DNA from: a virus
Length of the DNA stretch: 64,000 nt
Virus record (IMG/VR): IMGVR_UViG_3300016667_000188
Span: 9,026 to 73,025 of that record
Strand: one strand, 5' to 3'
Positions 8,489-18,566 of the stretch are shown piece after piece (the stretch's first letter is position 1; every line of letters starts with the position of its first letter). The notes under the pieces are model-generated. The model did not search any database. It was not told the origin of the DNA and saw nothing but the letters and a program-made list of their open reading frames with translations. Both the position numbers and the translations under genes were made by a program.

Positions 8489-9916
8489 ATGAAATATAAA
8501 TTGATTTTACAAGGGTCTAATGATGTGAAACAAGTCATGATGTATGACCCAATGACTTCTGAAGTGTTTTGGGAAGAGACTGGCGAACGACCATCTCTAG
8601 AGCATATTGGCAAAGACGCTGTTTACAAGATTGAAGAGCAGAACTGGATTGCTGCTAAAGTCACTAATCCAAAAGACCCAGAGCTTCATGGGCGAAAAAG
8701 TAAAAAAGTTTCTACACTAAAGATCACGATGGGTCTTAAGTGTAACTTTGCTTGTTCTTATTGCAACCAAGCGCATCAACCACATGATCCAGTTGGTGGT
8801 CCTGAAGATGCTGAAGCGTTGATCCAAAGTATCAAAAAGAATCTAACAGTTGATCCTATAGATCCTATCAGAATCGAGTTCTGGGGTGGAGAGCCATTTG
8901 TTTATTGGAAAACTCTAAAGCCACTAGCTGAAAAGGTTAGACGAGCATATCCGATGGCAACATTCAACATTATCACTAATGGTTCTTTGCTAGATCGCCA
9001 TAAAGTTGATTGGTTGTATCGAATGAACTTTAATGTTGGTATCTCTCACGATGGACCACTACACGCCCAAAATCGTGGTCCAGATCCACTAGATGATTTA
9101 ACTATGAGAGATGGAATCATCTATGCACTTAAGAAATTGGGACCAAATAGAGTTGGGTTTAACTCAGTTCTCACGAAAGAAAATGTCTCATTGGTAGCTG
9201 TTAAGCAGTTTATTTCTAAGAAATTGAACGGCGCAATCCCAGACGATCATATTATCGTCAATACAGAAGAACTCTTACTACCATACGATGCCTCTGGATT
9301 AACTCACTCTATTTCAAACTCAGATGAGGCTAAAGAGGCTATCCATAGTGTTTTCTGGGAGACTATTACTGGCGCAAATTACTTTAGCAATACAGTAACG
9401 CAAAAGGTTAAAAACTTCTTTTCTTCTATTTCTGAACAGCGCCCAGCAAAAATTCTAGGACAGAAATGCGGTATGGATCGTGAGGATATCTTAGCGATCG
9501 ATATGAAGGGTAATGCAACAACTTGCCAAAATACATCTTCTTTAACGAAACACAATATCGGTAATATTGAAGATGTAGATGCTATCCGTCTGCATACATC
9601 ACATCACTGGAGCACACGTGAGGAATGTCCTAATTGCCCAGTACTGCAACTTTGTATGGGTTCTTGCTTGTTCTTAGAAGATGATCTCTGGAAAGCTGGA
9701 TGTGAAAATATGTTCACGTGGAACTTGGCATTGCTTGCCGCAGCTTTGTTTATTATGACAGACGGTCTAGTGCTCGTTGAAATACAGGGACAGAAGATCC
9801 GCTATGACGACGTAACCTCTGTCCCTGTAATTGACATTGAATTTGTCAAGAGCAACGGAACTAAAAAGTCCTGGAAGGTTAGAAAACCTGTAGGAATTCC
9901 TGTTGTAGCTGCTTAA
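8489..9916 (+). CDS. radical SAM enzyme with SPASM-type C-terminal Cys cluster (peptide/protein-modifying maturase-like)
   Basis: CNFACSYC (CxxxCxxC) at about residue 86. Distal cluster CQNTSS...CPNCPVLQLCMGSC. About 85-aa N-terminal and about 100-aa C-terminal extensions. Confidence 0.75.
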   Translation: MKYKLILQGSNDVKQVMMYDPMTSEVFWEETGERPSLEHIGKDAVYKIEEQNWIAAKVTNPKDPELHGRKSKKVSTLKITMGLKCNFACSYCNQAHQPHDPVGGPEDAEALIQSIKKNLTVDPIDPIRIEFWGGEPFVYWKTLKPLAEKVRRAYPMATFNIITNGSLLDRHKVDWLYRMNFNVGISHDGPLHAQNRGPDPLDDLTMRDGIIYALKKLGPNRVGFNSVLTKENVSLVAVKQFISKKLNGAIPDDHIIVNTEELLLPYDASGLTHSISNSDEAKEAIHSVFWETITGANYFSNTVTQKVKNFFSSISEQRPAKILGQKCGMDREDILAIDMKGNATTCQNTSSLTKHNIGNIEDVDAIRLHTSHHWSTREECPNCPVLQLCMGSCLFLEDDLWKAGCENMFTWNLALLAAALFIMTDGLVLVEIQGQKIRYDDVTSVPVIDIEFVKSNGTKKSWKVRKPVGIPVVAA

Positions 9917-10515
9917 TTAACGAACCCAACCAAGACGTTAAGTAAAACATAACTTCCTTGGTTGAGGTTTGTTTCGGTATATCTGACTAGATGTCCTGGA
10001 GTTGCCAAAACTTCATTTTCTTTGGCAGATAGACCGTAAGAGCAGTTTACTAAGTTTTGATTGGTCAATGTTCTTACTGCTTGGATTCCACCTCGTGGAT
10101 CAATAAAATAAGTGAACGGTGTTCTTTCTGGGTTCGCTAGAACGAAGGTTAGAACAGCGGGAGCGAACTCATAAGAGTGGGCTGGAATGTGTTCTAATTG
10201 TTGTTGAAATAAGGTTTGAGACTTAATGATTCGAGGAAAGGATTCTTCGAAACCGAACCCATTCAAATGGGAACAAATGCTGAATACTTCTTCTTTAAAC
10301 TCGTCAACTGCTGGGTCTTCATAGTCGAACAATTCGCCAGAATAACCTTCTTCAAACATTTTATTTATCAAAGCCAATAATTTTTCGTTTAGCTCAGACG
10401 GATTGCTTCGTTCTATAACAGCTAATTTAGTTGGAAAAAGGTCTTTCTCCAAGGTTACTTTGTGTGGTGTAAGATCTTTTTGATCTTGAGTTTCAGAATT
10501 TTGGTCGTTTGACAT
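9913..10515 (-). CDS. hypothetical protein (acidic)
   Basis: 200-aa minus-strand ORF convergent with the rSAM gene. Confidence 0.45.
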   Translation of the reverse strand: MSNDQNSETQDQKDLTPHKVTLEKDLFPTKLAVIERSNPSELNEKLLALINKMFEEGYSGELFDYEDPAVDEFKEEVFSICSHLNGFGFEESFPRIIKSQTLFQQQLEHIPAHSYEFAPAVLTFVLANPERTPFTYFIDPRGGIQAVRTLTNQNLVNCSYGLSAKENEVLATPGHLVRYTETNLNQGSYVLLNVLVGFVN

Positions 10516-10634
10516 ATTATCTCCATTAAAATTAAAAATCGCTTCGCAGCTAATAAGTATTTATACATCACCTATCCTACAAAATCCCTTCGTTTATAAA
10601 TAAGAAGTATAAAAATAGTTTTTCGGGGAATTGG

Positions 10635-10970
10635 ATGGCAACTGTTAGTAACCTTTTTGTTGACGCTGGTGCTAGTTATAGCAACATTATTTCAGTTGCA
10701 GCGACCAACGGTCAACCTCTAAATTTAACAGGGTATAGCGTGGCTTCTCAGATGAGAAAGTCATATCAGTCCAGCACAGCCTATAACTTTACTGCATCTG
10801 TGTTCAACGCAGAACAAGGTAAAGTTCGTCTACAACTAACTCCCCAACAATCAGAGGCTATCCCTGCTGGAAGATGGCTTTATGATGTAGAAATAACTTC
10901 ACCTTCTGGCTCTAAAACTAGAGTTGTTGAAGGTATCGTAACAGTAAATCCTCAGATTACCCAAATTTAA
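10635..10970 (+). CDS. hypothetical virion protein
   Basis: 111-aa ORF with RBS. Precedes the fibre genes. Confidence 0.45.
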   Translation: MATVSNLFVDAGASYSNIISVAATNGQPLNLTGYSVASQMRKSYQSSTAYNFTASVFNAEQGKVRLQLTPQQSEAIPAGRWLYDVEITSPSGSKTRVVEGIVTVNPQITQI

Positions 10971-10971
10971 A

Positions 10972-11223
10972 ATGTCTGATACAATTGCTATTGTACAATC
11001 CGATGAAGCTCTTCAGGTCGCAGTATCCGAAGGTGTTCTTACACTTGCGTCATCAACCGTGTCCAATCCAGCAGTAGTAGAATCTCTTGATAGCGTCGCA
11101 GACGTAGATACAACTACTAATGGTAAGATAGATGGGTCGATTTTAGTATACAGAACAGTAACAAATAGATGGACTTCCACAACTACGCTTGATGCGCAGA
11201 ATATGGAAGGCGGCGAATTTTAA
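10972..11223 (+). CDS. hypothetical protein
   Basis: 83-aa ORF tightly packed (TAAAATG) with its neighbours. Confidence 0.4.
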   Translation: MSDTIAIVQSDEALQVAVSEGVLTLASSTVSNPAVVESLDSVADVDTTTNGKIDGSILVYRTVTNRWTSTTTLDAQNMEGGEF

Positions 11224-11235
11224 CGGAGAACATAG

Positions 11236-13617
11236 ATGGCTTCTATTATTAGAATTAAACGTTCTAGCACATCTGGCAACCCAGCAACGCTGGGCGCTGG
11301 TGAGTTAGCGTACTCAGCATTAGCTGACAATGGATCAAACGGCGGTGATCGTTTATACATTGGTATGGGCACAGAGACTGCAGGTAATGCAGTCAACCAC
11401 GTTATCATCGGTGGTAAATACTACACTGGTTTAGTAGACGCTGGTGGATCTGGTGGTACACTTAATACTTCTGCTAAGTCTATTCCAGTTCTTTCTGCAA
11501 CTGGTTCTATCGACAAGTGGTTAGTTGGTAATTTACAACTAACTGGTAGCACTCTTTCTTCTACTAATACCAACGGTGATATTAACATCACTCCTAATGG
11601 TACTGGTAAGACTATCATCAGCAACCTATACACAGACGCAACTACTAGCCTGACTGAGTTCATCCAGGACGTTGCTGGCGGGGGTATCGTTGACTCTGAT
11701 GAGATTGACGCAACATACGATGACGAAGCTGGTACTACATCATTAGCACTTAAGACCACAGGTGTAACAGCAGGTTCTTACGGTTCCGCAACTGCTATCC
11801 CAACATTCACTGTTGATAGTAAAGGTCGTTTGACTGCAGCTGGATCTGTTTCTGTTGCAACAACACTGAACCTAACAGGTGACACTGGTTCTGATGGCAT
11901 TTCTCTGCTAACAGAAACTCTAGCTATCGTTGGTGGTGAGGGTATCGATACTGCTATTACAGCAAATACTCTAACAATCTCTGCAGAAGATGCAAGCACT
12001 ACTAACAAGGGTGTCGCTTCTTTTGACACAGCTAACTTTACTGTAACTGCTGGTGCTGTCTCTGCGAAGACAATCACTCTTGGTTCTTCTACCCTAGCCC
12101 TTGGTTCTACAACTACTGGTCTTGCTGGTCTTTCATCTCTTGGTGTAACTGGTAATGCTACTGTTGGTGGAACACTAAATGTCACTGGTGCGACTACTTT
12201 AAGCAGCACATTAGGTGTAACTGGTAATACAACCCTAGGTGGAACATTAGGCGTTACTGGTGCAACTACTCTAAGTTCTACACTTGGTGTTGCAGGTGAC
12301 TTTGCTGTTAATACTAACAAATTCACAGTTGCTGCTACTTCTGGTAACACTAGCGTTGGTGGTACATTAAGTGTTACTGGAAACAGCACTCTTGCTGGTA
12401 CACTAGCAGTAACAAATGATTTTAGCGTTAATACCAACAAGTTTAACGTCGCAGCTTCTACTGGTAATACATCTATCGCTGGCACTCTTGGTGTAACAGG
12501 AGCAGCTACTCTATCCAGCACATTAGATGTGACTGGTAACCTTTCTGTTAACAGTAACAAATTCACAGTTGCAGCTGGTTCTGGTAACACCGCTATTGCA
12601 GGAACATTGGCAGTAACTGGTGCTGCTACATTTAGCTCTGCCGTGAATATGAGTGGTCAGAAGATCACTAACTTGGCAGAACCAACTGCTGACTCAGATG
12701 CTGCTACAAAGTACTACGTTGACGCTGCTCGCTCTGGTCTTGATATCAAGAACTCTGTTAAAGCTGCTACAACTGGTAACATCACTCTTTCTGGCACACA
12801 GGTTATTGACGGTGTAACTCTGTCTGTTGGTGATCGTGTTCTTGTTAAAGATCAAAGCACTGCTTCTCAAAACGGTATTTACGTTGTTGCTGCTGGCGCA
12901 TGGTCTCGTTCTACTGATGCTGACGCTCCAGCAGAACTAAACCCAGGAACTTTCGTATTCGTTGAACAAGGTACTGTTAACGATAACACTGGTTTCGTTG
13001 TTGTTTCTGATAGCGTTGTTACTATCGGCACTGATGCGATTAACTGGACATTGTTCTCTGCTTCTGGCACTCTAATTGCTGGTGCTGGTCTTATCAAGAA
13101 CGGTTACACTCTAGAAGCACAAGTTGGTAACGGTGTTACAATTGCAAGTGATACAATTCAACTAGCTTCCACTGTTGCTGGCGCTGGTTTGACATTCACT
13201 TCTGGTGTCTTGGATATCGTTGGAACAGCTAACCGTATCACCGTAAACGCTGACAGTATCGATATCGCATCTACTTACGTGGGTCAGTCTTCTATCACTA
13301 CTCTAGGTACTATTACTACTGGTACTTGGAACGGTTCTGTCATCGCTGATGCCTACATCAACGATGCATTGACTATCTCTGGTGGTACTATCAATAACAC
13401 ACCAATTGGTGCTACTACTCGTTCTACTGGTGCGTTTACGACTCTTGCTGCTAACGGTGCTGCTACACTAACATCTACATTAGCAGTTTCTGGTGCAACT
13501 ACTCTTAGCTCTACTTTAGCGGTAACAGGAAACATTACTGCTTCTGCTAACTTGACAGGCGCTGGTGCTTCTACTTCTACTATCGATGGTTTCACTATCG
13601 ATGGTGGAACTTATTAA
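11236..13617 (+). CDS. tail fibre protein (793 aa) with 19-aa GTLGVTGATTLSSTLGVTG-type repeats
   Basis: Tandem degenerate repeats. Carries the SVGDRVLVKDQ...QNGIYVV module shared with the 14248 gene. G/T/A/S-rich. Confidence 0.7.
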   Translation: MASIIRIKRSSTSGNPATLGAGELAYSALADNGSNGGDRLYIGMGTETAGNAVNHVIIGGKYYTGLVDAGGSGGTLNTSAKSIPVLSATGSIDKWLVGNLQLTGSTLSSTNTNGDINITPNGTGKTIISNLYTDATTSLTEFIQDVAGGGIVDSDEIDATYDDEAGTTSLALKTTGVTAGSYGSATAIPTFTVDSKGRLTAAGSVSVATTLNLTGDTGSDGISLLTETLAIVGGEGIDTAITANTLTISAEDASTTNKGVASFDTANFTVTAGAVSAKTITLGSSTLALGSTTTGLAGLSSLGVTGNATVGGTLNVTGATTLSSTLGVTGNTTLGGTLGVTGATTLSSTLGVAGDFAVNTNKFTVAATSGNTSVGGTLSVTGNSTLAGTLAVTNDFSVNTNKFNVAASTGNTSIAGTLGVTGAATLSSTLDVTGNLSVNSNKFTVAAGSGNTAIAGTLAVTGAATFSSAVNMSGQKITNLAEPTADSDAATKYYVDAARSGLDIKNSVKAATTGNITLSGTQVIDGVTLSVGDRVLVKDQSTASQNGIYVVAAGAWSRSTDADAPAELNPGTFVFVEQGTVNDNTGFVVVSDSVVTIGTDAINWTLFSASGTLIAGAGLIKNGYTLEAQVGNGVTIASDTIQLASTVAGAGLTFTSGVLDIVGTANRITVNADSIDIASTYVGQSSITTLGTITTGTWNGSVIADAYINDALTISGGTINNTPIGATTRSTGAFTTLAANGAATLTSTLAVSGATTLSSTLAVTGNITASANLTGAGASTSTIDGFTIDGGTY

Positions 13618-13639
13618 TTATTGCTAAATAAGTGATAAT

Positions 13640-13660
13640 GGGTGGGTGAAATTCCCACCC
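13640..13660 (+). terminator. stem-loop GGGTGGG-tgaaatt-CCCACCC after the fibre gene
   Basis: 7-bp GC-rich inverted repeat. The U-run is weak. Confidence 0.4.
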
Positions 13661-13707
13661 AGTAGTTCTTACTACTAGGTTGTTGTTCTTTTTAGAATAA
13701 AGAAATA

Positions 13708-14238
13708 ATGTCAAATAAGATTATCCTTAAAAAATCGTCAGTAACGACAAAGAAACCCCTTGTCACTGACTTAGAATACGGCGAAGTTGCTCTTAACTAC
13801 GCTGACGGCTTTCTTTATTTTAAAAATTCTAACAACGAAATCGAAGCATTTGCTTCTCGTGGTTTTACACAACCCTCCTCTAATAGTGCGGTCACTTTCA
13901 CGACCGACGCCCAAAACAATACCATTCTTCAGTTCCAAGTAGGCGGTACTGTCATCGCTAGATTCGGTGGTGGTCAGATCACATTCGATGTGCCGCTGTC
14001 TATGAATGGTAATCTAATTACCGCTCTATCTGCTCCAATCGGAAATACTGACGCTGTCAATAAAGCGTATGCCGATGGCGCAGCGTCAGCCTCTGGTTAC
14101 CCAAAGGGTGACTACGGCGATATCGTTTCTGCCGCAGCATATGATGCGTTCGGCGTCCCTATTGTTGCGATTATCACGTATGATAATATGGAACCTGTTG
14201 GGGTATTTAATACTGTAGATTTTGGAGCACTTGCTTAA
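13708..14238 (+). CDS. hypothetical virion protein
   Basis: 176-aa ORF between the fibre genes. Confidence 0.45.
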   Translation: MSNKIILKKSSVTTKKPLVTDLEYGEVALNYADGFLYFKNSNNEIEAFASRGFTQPSSNSAVTFTTDAQNNTILQFQVGGTVIARFGGGQITFDVPLSMNGNLITALSAPIGNTDAVNKAYADGAASASGYPKGDYGDIVSAAAYDAFGVPIVAIITYDNMEPVGVFNTVDFGALA

Positions 14239-14247
14239 GGATAAGAA

Positions 14248-17200
14248 ATGCCAACACAAATTCAATTAAGACGTGGTACTTACGACCAACACAAAACATT
14301 CACTGGCGCTAACGCCGAGCCGACTTTTGATACGTCAAATAGAGTAATGAGACTTCACGATGGCACTACTCCAGGTGGTAGTGAAATCGTTATGGGTAAT
14401 ACTCTTTACAAGAGTTTACCTGTTAGAGTTATCTCTACTTCTAACATCACGCTGGCTGGCGTGCAGACTGTTGATGGTGTTTCTCTATCTGTTGGTGATC
14501 GTGTTCTAGTTGCTGGACAGACTGATCAGTCTAAGAACGGTATCTACACTGTTGTAGATCTACCAGGAACTTGGGTTCGTGCTTTCGATTTTGATAAGAT
14601 TTATAACATTCAAAAAGGAATGTTTGTTTATGTAGCAGAAGGTTCTACACATAATGAAACTGTTTGGAAGTTAACTTCACAACCAACAACTCTAGATTTA
14701 CACGCAATCACTTTTGAAAAATGGCTTGGTGTAGAAACACGTGGTCTAGCTCAAAACACTGTAGCAGGTATGGTGGTTCGCCAGTCTAAAGGCACATTTA
14801 CTAGCCGAGCAATTACCGTTTCTGGTCAAGGTATTACCGTCACTAACGGCGATGGTATTTCTGGCAACCCTCTACTGTCTCTTAACTCTACCCCAAACAA
14901 CACAGTTAACGCTATTATGGCTCGTGATGCCAATGGCGATTTTGCTGCAAATAATGCAACTCTGGCTGGAGATATCGCAGTTAATGGTGGTGATGTAACT
15001 ACTACATCAACAACTGCTACTCTATTCAATACCAATGCTACTACCCTGAACATTGGTAACGCAGCTACTACTGTTTCTATTGGTGCCGCTACTGGCACTA
15101 CTACGGTTCGTAATGACTTGGTTGTTAACGGAACGTTCACAGTCAACGGTACTACTGAAACGATCAATGCAGTTACGGTTACAGTAGACGACAAGAACAT
15201 TGAGTTGGGCTCAGTTGCATCACCAACTAATACTACAGCTGACGGTGGTGGTATCACTCTGAAAGGTACTACTGATAAGACTATCATTTGGCTGAACTCT
15301 AATAATTCTTGGAATTCTTCTGAAGACTTTAGTGTTGCTACTGGTAAAGTGTTTGAAGTTAACGGTGTTCCAGTATTGACTGCGAACTCTGTTCTAAATG
15401 ATGCGACTCAAACATCTATCACTGTTGGCGGTTCTGCGTCAACGATCACCATGGGTGCTTCGGGTGGTACTACAACTCTACGCTCTGGTACTCTGGTTGG
15501 TTCAGACGCAACTCAGAACGTATACAACACTGTTGCTACAACTGTTAATGCCTTCGGTGCAGCTACATCACTAAACATCGGTACTACATCTACTGGTGCA
15601 CAAACCACAAATATTGGAACTGGCGCAACTGCTAGCGCAACAACCAAGACTCTAAACTTGGCTACTGGCGGTTTGACTGGTTCTACAACTAACGTAAACG
15701 TTGGTTCTACTGCTGGCGGTTTGTTGACTATCAACAACCCTAACGTATCGTTTAACAACGGCATCGTATCGTTCACTAATACAACTGACGCAACAACATC
15801 AGCCGACGGTTCTGTTCGTTTTGCTGGTGGTATTAGCGTTGTTAAAAATATCGTATGTGATGGAACTTTCTCTATCTTCGGTGACATCTCTGTCAACGGT
15901 GGAGACATCTTAACTAACCAGACAAACGTAACTGTATTTAATACTACTGCTACAACAGCTAACTTGCTTGGTGCTGCTAGCACTATCGCTATGGGTGCTT
16001 CTGGTGGTACTACAACTCTACGTTCTGGTACTCTGGTTGGTAGCGATACTACTCAAAACCTATACAATACAGTTGCCACTACTCTAAACATTGGTGGAGC
16101 CGCAACAACTATCAACTTGGGTAACGCAACAGCGGCAACTCTGTTGACTCGTCCTGGTACTATCGTCGGTTCTAACACTACTCAATCTGTTTACGATACA
16201 GTTGCCACTACTGTTAACGCATTCGGTGCAGCAACAACTCTGACACTGGGTAATGCAACTCTTGCTACACTGACTCTGCGTCCTGGTACTATCGTCGGTG
16301 CAAATACTACTCAAAACCTTTTCAATACTGTTGCAACTACTGTTAACTTCGCTGGCGCTGCAACTGCTTTGAGTATTGGTGCTGCTACTGGTACTACTAC
16401 TGTCAACAATAACCTGTCTGTTGCTGGAACTTCTAGTCATACTGGCAACTCAACATTCTCTGGTACTGTTGGTATCACTGGTGCTACAACTCTTTCTAGC
16501 ACTCTGGGTGTTGCGGGTGACTTCTCTGTTGCAACTAACAAGTTTACTGTGGCTTCTGCCTCTGGTAACACTGCTATCGCTGGTACACTAGGTGTAACTG
16601 GTGCAGCTACTCTAAGTTCTACTCTTGCAGTAACTGGTGCCTCTACTTTCACTGGCGCTACTACCCACAACGGTGGTTTGACTGCTGCTTCTTCTAGCAT
16701 CACTGGCAACCAGACTGTTGGTGGTACTCTTGGTGTTACTGGCGCTACAACTCTTTCTAGCACTTTGGGTGTTACTGGTGCAACAACTATCGGCGGTAAC
16801 GTAGCGGTAAACGGTGGTAGCTTGACTACTACTCAGACTACGTTCAACCTAGTCAACGCAACTGCTACTACTCTAAACATTGGCGGTGCAGCTACTACAG
16901 TTTCTATTGGTGCAGCAACTGGTACTACTACTGTTAATAACAACTTGGTTGTTACTGGTAACCTAACAATCTCTGGTACTACTACAACAATCAACGCAAC
17001 TACTTTGGATGTTGCTGACCTTAACATTACTGTCGCTAAGAATGCTGCTACTGCAGCTGCTGCTAATGGCGCAGGTCTGACTGTTGCTGGCGCTAACGCC
17101 ACTATCCTTTACGCTTCTACTGGCGATCGTTGGGAACTGAACAAGCCGCTATATGTGGCAGGTACTGGCTCTATTACTGGCAACACTACTGTTGGTGGTA

Positions 17201-18564
17201 CTCTGGGTGTAACTGGTGCTACAACTCTTTCTAGTACTCTTGGAGTAACTGGCTCTGCTACTTTCGGTACTAACCTAGTTCTTAACGGTTCTACTAGCGG
17301 TTCAACTACTATTGTTTCTTCAGCTGCTGCTTCTGGTACTCTAACTCTACCAGCTGCAACTGATCAGTTGGTTGGTCGTGCTACAACTGACACTCTAACC
17401 AACAAGACAATGTCTGGTGCAAGCAACACGTTCACCAACATTCCAAACAGCGCTCTGTCTAACAACACAATCTCTGGTGTTGCTCTTGGTGGAACTCTAG
17501 CAACCTTGACATTGAACACATCTGGAACTGGTCTAAGTGGTTCTACTACTTACAACGGTTCTGGTGCTGCTACATTCACTGTAACAAGCAATGCAACAAG
17601 CGCAAACACTGCTTCTACTATCGTTGCTCGTGATGCTTCTGGCAACTTTAGCGCTGGTACTATCACTGCTGCATTGAGTGGCAACGCATCTACTGCGACT
17701 ACTCTGCAGACTGCTAGAAACTTCTTAACCAACCTGGCAAGCACTTCTTCTGCATCGTTCAACGGCTCTGCTGATAACACTCACGGTGTTACTGGCACTC
17801 TGCCTATCGCTAACGGTGGTACTGGAGCAACTACTGCAGTTACTGCTCGTACTAACTTATTACCTGCTCAGTCTGCTGGAATTAACGGTTACGTTCTGAC
17901 TACTAACGGTACTGATGCGTACTGGAATTATCTTGGTAATGCGATGGTTACTTCTTTCAACGGAAGAACTAACGTTGTTACTTTGACTTCTGGTGACGTA
18001 ACTGGTGCTCTTGGTTTCACGCCACTGAATAAAGCTGGCGATACTATGAACGGTAACCTATCTTTAGCTGCTGGTACTGCTCTTATCGGTAACGCTGGTA
18101 ACTGGATTGGTGAAAACAACAAACTACAGTGGCACTCTTCTCACCTATACTTTGGTTTGATTAACGGTGGTTCTTGGATCTTTAGAACTAACGGCGGTGA
18201 ACCTGCTTACATCACTAACGGTGGTGTTGTTTTTGGCTCTGGTCACCAAGTTACTTCTGACATTTCCCTAAAAGAAAATGTTGAAACTATTGGCAATGCA
18301 AGCCATTTGTTGAGTAACCTACGTGGTGTTACATTCGACTGGAAAAAGACTAAGAAACGTGCTTATGGTTTCATCGCTCAAGAAATCGAACAGACTGTTC
18401 CTGAACTGGTTGAAGAAATGCAAACTAATTCTATGGAACCAGAAAAAACAGTTAAAACTGTTGACTACGATAAGGTTGTAGCTATCCTAGTCGAAGGCTG
18501 GAAAGAACAACAAGCTAGAATCGAAGCACTTGAGGCTGAAGTAAAAGCACTGAAAGGCGAATAA
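14248..18564 (+). CDS. giant tail fibre protein (1438 aa) with C-terminal intramolecular-chaperone domain
   Basis: N-terminus MPTQIQLRRG. Many GTLGVTGATTLSSTLGVTG repeats. The C-terminus SDISLKENVE...GVTFDWKK...GFIAQEIEQTVPELV...EALEAEVKALKGE is a chaperone-domain signature. Confidence 0.75.
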   Translation: MPTQIQLRRGTYDQHKTFTGANAEPTFDTSNRVMRLHDGTTPGGSEIVMGNTLYKSLPVRVISTSNITLAGVQTVDGVSLSVGDRVLVAGQTDQSKNGIYTVVDLPGTWVRAFDFDKIYNIQKGMFVYVAEGSTHNETVWKLTSQPTTLDLHAITFEKWLGVETRGLAQNTVAGMVVRQSKGTFTSRAITVSGQGITVTNGDGISGNPLLSLNSTPNNTVNAIMARDANGDFAANNATLAGDIAVNGGDVTTTSTTATLFNTNATTLNIGNAATTVSIGAATGTTTVRNDLVVNGTFTVNGTTETINAVTVTVDDKNIELGSVASPTNTTADGGGITLKGTTDKTIIWLNSNNSWNSSEDFSVATGKVFEVNGVPVLTANSVLNDATQTSITVGGSASTITMGASGGTTTLRSGTLVGSDATQNVYNTVATTVNAFGAATSLNIGTTSTGAQTTNIGTGATASATTKTLNLATGGLTGSTTNVNVGSTAGGLLTINNPNVSFNNGIVSFTNTTDATTSADGSVRFAGGISVVKNIVCDGTFSIFGDISVNGGDILTNQTNVTVFNTTATTANLLGAASTIAMGASGGTTTLRSGTLVGSDTTQNLYNTVATTLNIGGAATTINLGNATAATLLTRPGTIVGSNTTQSVYDTVATTVNAFGAATTLTLGNATLATLTLRPGTIVGANTTQNLFNTVATTVNFAGAATALSIGAATGTTTVNNNLSVAGTSSHTGNSTFSGTVGITGATTLSSTLGVAGDFSVATNKFTVASASGNTAIAGTLGVTGAATLSSTLAVTGASTFTGATTHNGGLTAASSSITGNQTVGGTLGVTGATTLSSTLGVTGATTIGGNVAVNGGSLTTTQTTFNLVNATATTLNIGGAATTVSIGAATGTTTVNNNLVVTGNLTISGTTTTINATTLDVADLNITVAKNAATAAAANGAGLTVAGANATILYASTGDRWELNKPLYVAGTGSITGNTTVGGTLGVTGATTLSSTLGVTGSATFGTNLVLNGSTSGSTTIVSSAAASGTLTLPAATDQLVGRATTDTLTNKTMSGASNTFTNIPNSALSNNTISGVALGGTLATLTLNTSGTGLSGSTTYNGSGAATFTVTSNATSANTASTIVARDASGNFSAGTITAALSGNASTATTLQTARNFLTNLASTSSASFNGSADNTHGVTGTLPIANGGTGATTAVTARTNLLPAQSAGINGYVLTTNGTDAYWNYLGNAMVTSFNGRTNVVTLTSGDVTGALGFTPLNKAGDTMNGNLSLAAGTALIGNAGNWIGENNKLQWHSSHLYFGLINGGSWIFRTNGGEPAYITNGGVVFGSGHQVTSDISLKENVETIGNASHLLSNLRGVTFDWKKTKKRAYGFIAQEIEQTVPELVEEMQTNSMEPEKTVKTVDYDKVVAILVEGWKEQQARIEALEAEVKALKGE

Positions 18565-18566
18565 AA

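Noticed and set aside
11778-12590. Long minus-strand ORFs inside tail-fibre genes (11778..12590, 14826..15287, 15513..15983, 16084..16763, 16833..17102, 17550..17780).
   Set aside because: They are antisense to highly repetitive G/T/A-rich fibre coding sequence, have a low-complexity P/V/A-rich composition and no RBS. They are artefacts of the codon-repeat structure.
11236-18564. Regularly spaced 57-nt repeats in the fibre genes were considered as CRISPR-like arrays.
   Set aside because: The repeats are in-frame coding repeats (GTLGVTGATTLSSTLGVTG) with degenerate units and no unique spacers.
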